This document shows positions 45,510-52,131 of a DNA stretch of 64,000 nucleotides, in pieces. Position 1 is the first letter of the stretch, and every line of letters starts with the position of its first letter. The notes under the pieces are model-generated. The model saw nothing but the letters and a program-made list of their open reading frames with translations. It did no database searches and was not told the origin of the DNA. The DNA is taken from the NCBI GenBank assembly GCA_049611445.1, contig JBMZAP010000001.1, forward strand, positions 15,308 to 79,307. The letters run 5' to 3'. The translations under genes and the position numbers were made by a program. The stretch comes from Phycisphaeraceae bacterium (GTDB lineage: Bacteria; Planctomycetota; Phycisphaerae; Phycisphaerales; Phycisphaeraceae).

Positions 45510-47087
45510 TTACCCGACTTCGAGCACGCTGTTGAGCTCGCCGAAGGGGTTGGTCTCTGTCGCAGGGTTGTACGGGTCTTTCACCCACTGCCCATCGACG
45601 ACCAGGCGGTAGCGGTACCGGCCCGGCGGGATGTCGATGCAGGCCTGCCAGACGCCAAGCTCCTGGTGCTTGTTCATCGGGGTCGAGGCGGGGTTCCAGT
45701 TATTGAAGTCACCGGCGATGCCGACCTTGGTCACGCCTTCGCCCGGCTGGACGAAGAGCGTACCCTTATGGGTCTGGCGGAAGCCGTAGAGCTTGTTGAG
45801 TTTTTCCTGCAGACCGGGCCGCTGAACGGGCGGTTGCACAGCCTGCTGGATCGGTTGGATTGCGGCGTTGGGTGTCGGCGACGCGACAGCGACCTCTGGC
45901 TCGGGCTGCGGGGCTGGTGGCTGGGGTGCGGGCGCTTTCGGTACCGCGGGTGTCGCAGGCGCTGGCGCGGGGGCTGGTGTTGCCGGCGAAGCCACACCCT
46001 CTTCGGCTGCCTGCTTATTCAGCCGCTGGGTCAGCTGCGCAGTGCGGGCGGACAACTCGCGGGCACGCTCGACCAGTTCCGCGGCGCGGGAGACCGAGGC
46101 GTTGTCTTCTGCGATTGGCGCGGTGCGTGGCGACTGCGGCACCCGGCCGGGCATGGTCTGATTGACACCAACCTGTGCCTGCATCGCGATCTCGGAAGCC
46201 GAGGGCAAGGCCCGTTTGTCCGGCGGGTTGGCGATGAGCCAGTTGGTCAGTTCGTCGAAGTCCTTCATGCCGCGCGATGCACCGTCGTATTCGGTGATCG
46301 GCTGGCCGAAGCTGGCGGCTTCTTTGAGCTTGGCGTTGAAGTTGATGACCAGTGGCAGCACCTTGTCGCCGAAGTGCTTCTTGAGTTCGCTCAGGATCTC
46401 GCGTGCGAGCTTGGTACGGACGTCGTAAAGCGTGGGCAGCACCTTGAAGCGGACGTTGTGTCCGATCTTCGCGGTCAATGCCTCGATGGTTTGTTCCTGA
46501 CGATAGCTGCCCTGCATCGCGAAGTAGCCGGTCTCGACCGGGACGATGACCTCGTCGGCGGCACGCAGCGCGTTGAAGGTGAGTAGCCCAATGCTTGGCG
46601 GGCAGTCGATGATGCAGTAGTCGTAGCGGTCGGCGCTGGGTGCGAGGACCTGGATCAGTCGCCGATCGCGGTCTGCGGCGTTGGCCAGGCGCTGTTCGAT
46701 GCCGGCCAGCGCAACGGTTGAGGGTGCGAGGTCGAGTTGGCGGGAGATCTGCCAGACGATGTCAGCGATGCCAACCTGCCCGTCCATCCCGTGACGCAGG
46801 AGATCGGCGATCGACTGGCCGATCTGCTTTTCCGGCACGGCAAGTCCCAGGGCACAGTGACCCTGCGGGTCCATGTCGACAAGCAGTGTCTTATGGCCAC
46901 GCGCGGCGAGGGTGGCGGCGAGGTTGATCGACACCGTGGTCTTGCCGCAGCCGCCCTTCTGGTTGATGATCGCGATGGTGCGCACGTGGTGTGCCCCTTC
47001 GTCCGTGATGGGAGCGTCGGGCCGGTCCATTCCGTCCCATTCGCCTTTTCTAACGTCGGCGGGCTCCGCCCGGCCGGGTACATCCAT
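45510..47087 (-). CDS. ParA/Soj-type ATPase fused to a C-terminal AMPK-beta-like glycogen-binding (CBM48) module
   Basis: Deviant Walker A IINQKGGCGKTTVSINLA, LLVDMDPQGH, Walker B YDYCIIDCPPS. P/A/Q linker. C-terminal GDFNNW...GRYRYRLVVDGQWVKDPYNP...GELNSVLEV (nt ~45513-45770) parallels rat AMPK beta1 GSFNNW...HQYKFFVDGQWTHDPSEP...GTVNNIIQV. The start may be M1 or M20. Confidence 0.9.
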   Translation of the reverse strand: MDVPGRAEPADVRKGEWDGMDRPDAPITDEGAHHVRTIAIINQKGGCGKTTVSINLAATLAARGHKTLLVDMDPQGHCALGLAVPEKQIGQSIADLLRHGMDGQVGIADIVWQISRQLDLAPSTVALAGIEQRLANAADRDRRLIQVLAPSADRYDYCIIDCPPSIGLLTFNALRAADEVIVPVETGYFAMQGSYRQEQTIEALTAKIGHNVRFKVLPTLYDVRTKLAREILSELKKHFGDKVLPLVINFNAKLKEAASFGQPITEYDGASRGMKDFDELTNWLIANPPDKRALPSASEIAMQAQVGVNQTMPGRVPQSPRTAPIAEDNASVSRAAELVERARELSARTAQLTQRLNKQAAEEGVASPATPAPAPAPATPAVPKAPAPQPPAPQPEPEVAVASPTPNAAIQPIQQAVQPPVQRPGLQEKLNKLYGFRQTHKGTLFVQPGEGVTKVGIAGDFNNWNPASTPMNKHQELGVWQACIDIPPGRYRYRLVVDGQWVKDPYNPATETNPFGELNSVLEVG

Positions 47088-47216
47088 GTTTCGCGGGCGA
47101 CAGAGACGAATCCGATAAGAGCCCGCTTAACGAGGCTATCGGGGTTCATTGGGCCAAGGCTTGAGGATTTTGCGTCTGTAGACAGGCTCTGGGGCCTTTG
47201 CCTTACCATTTAAACG

Positions 47217-47831
47217 ATGAACGCCGATCCGCCCTTGATTCTTGCCAGTCAGTCGCCCCGCCGGGCACAACTGCTTGCCGAAGCAGGCCTGACTTTTGAA
47301 CAGCGCTCCCCCCCTTTTGCCGACCCGGATCAGCCCCCGGATGACCTGCGCGGGCATGAGGCGGAGGCGTATGCGGTCGCCCTGGCCCAGCAGAAGGCCA
47401 GGAGCATGGCCGACGCGGTCGATGGACTGGCATGGATCCTGGCGGCCGACACCATCTGCGTGGATGACACGGGCGCTTTGGTTGGTAAGCCACGCGATCG
47501 GGCGCATGCCGACGTGATGTTGCGATCGTTCTGCGAGACCGAGCACCGGGTGATCACGGGCGTTGCCCTGCTGCGTGTTGGGCCAGAGACGTCTGAAATG
47601 CAGGCCTTTGCGGACACCGCGACCGTGACTTTCGGGTCGATCCGGGATGAGCAGCTTGATGCGTATCTCCGGTCGGATGACTGGCAAGGCAAGGCCGGGG
47701 GCTACAACCTGTTCGATCGTCAGGATGCGGGTTGGCCGATCGCGGTTGTCGGCGACGAGACGACGGTGGTGGGGCTGCCGATGGCCCGGTTGGTGCCGAG
47801 GCTGCATGCCTCGCTACACTCAAGCCCATGA
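47217..47831 (+). CDS. maf: Maf-family nucleoside-triphosphate pyrophosphatase
   Basis: PLILASQSPRRAQLLAEAG, GKPRDRAHA, TGVAL and GKAGGY motifs. Confidence 0.9.
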   Translation: MNADPPLILASQSPRRAQLLAEAGLTFEQRSPPFADPDQPPDDLRGHEAEAYAVALAQQKARSMADAVDGLAWILAADTICVDDTGALVGKPRDRAHADVMLRSFCETEHRVITGVALLRVGPETSEMQAFADTATVTFGSIRDEQLDAYLRSDDWQGKAGGYNLFDRQDAGWPIAVVGDETTVVGLPMARLVPRLHASLHSSP

Positions 47832-48877
47832 GTCTTCGTCAGCAAGCACTCGAGGCGATGTCCGGGGAAGACACGACACTGCGTGGCGGTTGCCTGCGTG
47901 CGGCGTTGACGTTGGCATCACCGGCTTATGCCTTGGGAAACGCGCTGCGTTCGGTGGGCTTTGCGACGGGCATGAAACGCACTTATCCGCTGGGTCGGCC
48001 AACGGTGTCGATCGGCAACTTAACGACCGGCGGCACGGGCAAGACACCGATGGTCGGCTACGTGGTTGAACAACTCATCAAGCAGGGGCATCGGCCTTGC
48101 ATCCTTTTGCGTGGCTATCGCGGGGGCGATGAGGCGCAGGAGCATCAGCAGCGCTGGGGCGAGGCGGTGAAGGTCGAGCCCAACCCGGACCGTGTCGCTG
48201 CGGCCATGCTCGCCCTTGAAGACGATTCTTCCATCACTTGCTTTGTACTGGATGATGGCTTTCAGCACCGCCGGGCGCAACGCGACCTGAATCTCGTATT
48301 GATCGACGCAACCAATCCCTGGGGCTATGGCTATATGCTTCCACGTGGGCTGATGCGTGAGCCGAAGTCGGCATTGAAACGCGCGGACGAGGTCATCGTG
48401 ACACGCAGTGACCAGGTCGATCCCGAGGCTCTCTCAAAAATAGATCATGAAATCGCGTCGATTGCGGGCAAGCCGCCAATCGCTCATGCGGAACACAGTT
48501 GGGTCGGCCTGGTTGATGCGGAGGATCGTGTGCATCCGTTGTCGGAGTTGCAAGGCAAGGCCGTCATGGGCGTCGTCGGCATCGGGAACCCTGCTGCGTT
48601 CGAGGCAACACTTGCCCGGCACAGCGGGCAGGTGCTGCACTGCGAAGCTCTGGCCGACCATCACGGCTACACGCGAAAGCAGTTGCTCCGCTTTGTGGAC
48701 CTGGCGAAGACAGCGGGTGCACAGGCACTCATCACCACAGAAAAGGACTGGGTCAAGTGGGCGTCGCTGCTGGAGGATGAGTCGGTGGATATGCCGATTT
48801 ACCGCGCAGCGCTGTCGATGCAGTTTCGAGATGGCGGTGAGGGAATCGATGCGTTACTTAACGCAATTGAGCAGTGA
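47828..48877 (+). CDS. lpxK: tetraacyldisaccharide 4-prime-kinase
   Basis: Trimmed to ATG 47828, which overlaps the maf stop (ATGA at 47828-47831). P-loop GNLTTGGTGKTPMV, ILLRGYRG, LDDGFQH, TEKD. Confidence 0.9.
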   Translation: MSLRQQALEAMSGEDTTLRGGCLRAALTLASPAYALGNALRSVGFATGMKRTYPLGRPTVSIGNLTTGGTGKTPMVGYVVEQLIKQGHRPCILLRGYRGGDEAQEHQQRWGEAVKVEPNPDRVAAAMLALEDDSSITCFVLDDGFQHRRAQRDLNLVLIDATNPWGYGYMLPRGLMREPKSALKRADEVIVTRSDQVDPEALSKIDHEIASIAGKPPIAHAEHSWVGLVDAEDRVHPLSELQGKAVMGVVGIGNPAAFEATLARHSGQVLHCEALADHHGYTRKQLLRFVDLAKTAGAQALITTEKDWVKWASLLEDESVDMPIYRAALSMQFRDGGEGIDALLNAIEQ

Positions 48878-49964
48878 GCTCACCGATTGCCGGATGCTCA
48901 GGGGCAAGGGTCTTGAGGTTGTGCAGTGAGATCCTGGCATCATCGATACGCGCGGCCTTGATCTGCCAGTCCGCGAGTAGCGCCGTGAAGTTTGCGAGCG
49001 TCTCGTTGTCGCGCGCCTCGGCCACACGGTGCCACTCGGTGATGGTCTGCAGGTAGTTCACCGCGTTTTCCAGCTGGTCAGCGCGTTGGTAAAGCTTGGC
49101 GCGCAGCCGGGCCGACTCGATCCGCCAAGGGGCGTCGGCGAACTCGCTCCAGGTGTAGCTGAGCATGGTGACGGCGTCTTCATCGCGGTCCGCGTCCATG
49201 TAGATGCGGGCTTTCTGGATGTGGTAAGCGGCGATGTCGCCGTCGCTGTCGAGCTTGGCCATCTTGATCGCGCGATCGACCAACGCCAGTGCGGCACTGA
49301 AGTCGCCTTTGACGACGGATACATCGGCCAGGCCGGCGTAGGCCTCGTGCCTGTAATTGGTTTCTTCGCCCGGCCCGCGCGCATCCTTGGCCTGCTGGAA
49401 CATGCGCTCTGCGCTGTCGATATCTTCAAGTGCAAGGTGCAGCCTGCCAAGTGCGGCATAGACCTCGCTGTCTGCCTGGCCGTTACTGGCCGCCTGCTGG
49501 TAGTGGGCCAATGCCTGCTTGAGTTTGCCGAGCTTGGCGGCGCAAAGGCCGGCCATCTTGTTGAACTCAAAGGCGTTCTGGTCAAAGCTCAATGTGGCTT
49601 GCCAAGCGGTGTAGGCCTGTGGCCACTGCTTCAGCGCCATGCGCGCCTGGGCGAGCAGCACGAACCCGCCTTGGCTTTCGGGGTGGTCCTCGGTAAACGC
49701 GCGGGCCTGTCCTGCGATGCGATTGAGGTCCTGCTGTTCCTGCAGCGCGGTTTGGAAGTCCTGCTGCAGGGCACCAAGTTTTTCGTCGATCTGATCCTGT
49801 ATGAGCGGCGTGGGATCGGCGGTACCCTCATTGCCCGGATTCATCGCGAGGTAGACCACCGCACTGACCGCTACCGCCAAAAGCGCAATTAATACGATCC
49901 AGCCGACGGACACCGCGCCGCGGCGATGCATTCTCTTTGATTGTTGCGTGGGGCGATCTGTCAC
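48858..49964 (-). CDS. membrane-anchored TPR-repeat protein
   Basis: N-terminal TM VSVGWIVLIALLAVAVSAVVYLAM, followed by several TPR-like units (AYTAWQATLSFDQNAFEFNKMAG, ALAHYQQAASNGQADSEVYAALG, etc.). Confidence 0.7.
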   Translation of the reverse strand: MTDRPTQQSKRMHRRGAVSVGWIVLIALLAVAVSAVVYLAMNPGNEGTADPTPLIQDQIDEKLGALQQDFQTALQEQQDLNRIAGQARAFTEDHPESQGGFVLLAQARMALKQWPQAYTAWQATLSFDQNAFEFNKMAGLCAAKLGKLKQALAHYQQAASNGQADSEVYAALGRLHLALEDIDSAERMFQQAKDARGPGEETNYRHEAYAGLADVSVVKGDFSAALALVDRAIKMAKLDSDGDIAAYHIQKARIYMDADRDEDAVTMLSYTWSEFADAPWRIESARLRAKLYQRADQLENAVNYLQTITEWHRVAEARDNETLANFTALLADWQIKAARIDDARISLHNLKTLAPEHPAIGELTAQLR

Positions 49965-49986
49965 CCGTGCAGCGTATCACATCCCA

Positions 49987-50187
49987 TCAGACGGATACAT
50001 CTGCTTCGGTTGTTGGTGCCGGGTCCGACACAGGCGAAAGCGGCCTGTTCCCGCGCGGCACCTTGTATTGCACGCTCGGCGCAACCACTGGCGCGGTGCT
50101 GGGCACATGGATCGGCGGCCGGGACAGCGCCCCGGAAATCAGCAGCCCGACGTAGACCGCAACTGAATATCGAACCCAACTGGACAT
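49987..50187 (-). CDS. possible 66-aa membrane-anchored small protein
   Basis: An internal ATG at 50187 is preceded by GGTGAG. MSSWVRYSVAVYVGLLISGAL is a plausible TM. It ends 22 nt before the TPR gene start. No homology recognised, so it could be a chance ORF. Confidence 0.25.
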   Translation of the reverse strand: MSSWVRYSVAVYVGLLISGALSRPPIHVPSTAPVVAPSVQYKVPRGNRPLSPVSDPAPTTEADVSV

Positions 50188-50294
50188 GCTTTTACTCACC
50201 GATTCAATTGCCGGCCCGGCAACGAGAATCTGCCTTGGAGGTGTGTTGCGATGGTTTTTCGGCTGCACAATCGCTACAGACCTATACTCCGACC

Positions 50295-51092
50295 ATGCTC
50301 GAGTTGTCGCGCACAGTGCGGTTTTGTCTGTCGGGGGAGATGGGCGATCTCACATCGCCGCGCGACAACACGTTTGGCGCATGGCCGGCGATGCGTGGGC
50401 TTGGGCGTTACTACGAGATGGATGTCACCTGCAAGGGCGAAGCCGACCGGCAGACGGGCTACTTCATCAATATCAAGGCGATCGATCAGGCGGTGCGCGA
50501 GTACGCCCTGCCGATCCTGATTGAAAAGATCGCTGATGAGGCGAACGCGGCAGAGACCCCGATGGGCGCTTTGATGGGCGCGTTGTTCAACGCGCTCGAT
50601 CCGCCGCTGAACGGGACGGTTGAACAGGTGAGGTTTGTGCTGACGCCAACCCTGTCTTTGGGTATCGAAAGGAACGACATGAGTACGATTGTGATGCGAC
50701 AACAGTACGAGTTCTCCGCAGCGCATCGCCTGCACGTGCCGACGATGACTGATGCCGAGAACCAGGCGACCTTCGGCAAGTGCAATAACCCCGCGGGACA
50801 CGGCCACAACTACTGCGTCGAGGTCGCGGCACGTTGCCCAATCGGTTCTGATGGTGTGGCGCTGGACCCGTCCGAACTGGACGCGGCGGTTGATCGCGCG
50901 GTGATCCAGGAGTTGGACCACAAGCACCTGAATGTGGATGTGCCCGCTTTTGCGGAGTTAAACCCCTCTGTTGAGAACATCGTCAAGGTCGTCTGGCAGA
51001 TGCTTGAGCGTAAACTGCCTGAAGGTTGCACGCTGGACGAAGTCAAGGTCTGGGAGACGGGTAAGACGGTGTGTGCGTACCGCGGGCAGTAA
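50295..51092 (+). CDS. 6-carboxytetrahydropterin / 6-pyruvoyl-tetrahydropterin synthase family protein (double-length QueD-like)
   Basis: Trimmed to ATG 50295. The C-terminal half has YEFSAAHRL and CNNPAGHGHNY (Cx5HGH-type zinc/catalytic motif) and LDHKHLN. The N-terminal half looks like a second, degenerate T-fold unit. Confidence 0.8.
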   Translation: MLELSRTVRFCLSGEMGDLTSPRDNTFGAWPAMRGLGRYYEMDVTCKGEADRQTGYFINIKAIDQAVREYALPILIEKIADEANAAETPMGALMGALFNALDPPLNGTVEQVRFVLTPTLSLGIERNDMSTIVMRQQYEFSAAHRLHVPTMTDAENQATFGKCNNPAGHGHNYCVEVAARCPIGSDGVALDPSELDAAVDRAVIQELDHKHLNVDVPAFAELNPSVENIVKVVWQMLERKLPEGCTLDEVKVWETGKTVCAYRGQ

Positions 51093-51110
51093 TGGGATTA
51101 CACTCAGGCC

Positions 51111-51611
51111 ATGCACCCTGCCGCTCTCGATGACGATGCGCTATTAAAAGATTGCACGGTCACGTCCGGCCGAGCGTCCGGGCCCGGCGGCCAGAACCGA
51201 AACAAGGTCGAGACCGCGATCCGCATCACGCACAACCCGACAGGGATCGATGCCAGCGCTACTGAGCGCAGACATAAACAGCAGAACAAGCAGCAGGCGA
51301 TCTTTCGTTTGAGGGTCAAACTCGCGACGCAGATACGCGAACCGATGGACCCGAGTCGCGAACCCAGCGCGCTCTGGATATCACGTATTAAAGGCCGCAA
51401 GTTGCTGATCAACCCGTCGCATCTGGACTTCCCGACACTGTTGGCTGAGGCGTTAGACCGGATTGCAATGTTGCAGCACGACATGTCGGCTGCGGCGCAG
51501 GCGATGGGAGTTTCAACATCGCAACTCCTGAAGTTGGTCAAGCATGAACCTGACGCGCTCTCATTGCTGAATCAGGCAAGGCAGTTACGGGGGCTTCGGC
51601 CGCTGCGCTAG
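51111..51611 (+). CDS. GGQ-domain (class-I release-factor-like / ArfB-like) protein
   Basis: SGRASGPGGQNRNKVETAIRITHNPTGI is the RF-1 domain GGQ loop. The C-terminal ~90 aa are not the short basic ArfB tail. Confidence 0.8.
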   Translation: MHPAALDDDALLKDCTVTSGRASGPGGQNRNKVETAIRITHNPTGIDASATERRHKQQNKQQAIFRLRVKLATQIREPMDPSREPSALWISRIKGRKLLINPSHLDFPTLLAEALDRIAMLQHDMSAAAQAMGVSTSQLLKLVKHEPDALSLLNQARQLRGLRPLR

Positions 51612-52078
51612 TGGAAGGAAGACAGCAGCGATAATCCCAGCACGATCAACCAGACGACCGACAAGCCAAGGAGGATGTATTGCACCTCAGAGCTGCGGCT
51701 GCAGAGCCACTTACGGAAGCCAAGGATGATCAATGGCGTTGGGATCCAGGCCATCGCTGCGAAGTACCAGAAAAATTCGAAAAATTCGGAAGTACCGGGT
51801 CCGCCTGAACTGATTGTGATCAGCAGGAAAAAAACACCTGCACCCGCGATCATCGCGTTCAGGATCAGCGTGATCGCCCAGGCACGCTTGAAGGGTGCAT
51901 CGCTGCCCACCGTCAGCTTCAGTGGCAGCCCGCACTCGGGGCAGACCGGCTTACTGAGCATGCGAAGGTTGTACCCACAGGCCGGGCAGGGCAACTCTCT
52001 TTCAGCCAAGAACATCAGCAGGTGATCTGAGTCGGTCCTATGCGTATGTTGGATATCAGTCTGCGGCGCGTCGCTCAT
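51608..52078 (-). CDS. zinc-ribbon membrane protein (hypothetical)
   Basis: Trimmed to ATG 52078. CPACGYNL...CPECG ribbon followed by about 4 TM helices. No family recognised. Confidence 0.5.
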   Translation of the reverse strand: MSDAPQTDIQHTHRTDSDHLLMFLAERELPCPACGYNLRMLSKPVCPECGLPLKLTVGSDAPFKRAWAITLILNAMIAGAGVFFLLITISSGGPGTSEFFEFFWYFAAMAWIPTPLIILGFRKWLCSRSSEVQYILLGLSVVWLIVLGLSLLSSFH

Positions 52079-52131
52079 TGCAATGATTCTAACGCCCCGG
52101 TCTGATGAGATCGGCCATGCTGCCAGATGAA

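Noticed and set aside
45510-47087. Interpretation as the canonical chromosomal Soj/ParA of a parAB-parS system near the origin.
   Set aside because: No ParB/Spo0J-like gene is adjacent, and the downstream protein lacks ParB motifs. The ATPase also carries a C-terminal CBM48-like fusion that chromosomal Soj proteins lack. A genome-wide parB search is still needed.
49941-50294. N-terminal extensions of listed ORFs: 49941 for the QueD-like gene, 43727..43993 for DUF1559, 38046..38180 for MarC, 39647..39790 for the oxidoreductase, 47732..47827 for lpxK, 59755..59985 for neuA and 21605..21751 for the vWA protein.
   Set aside because: The extensions are Arg/Cys/Pro-rich, overlap the upstream gene or spacer, and precede an internal ATG that opens with a recognisable signal peptide or conserved N-terminus. 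That ATG often abuts the upstream stop codon.
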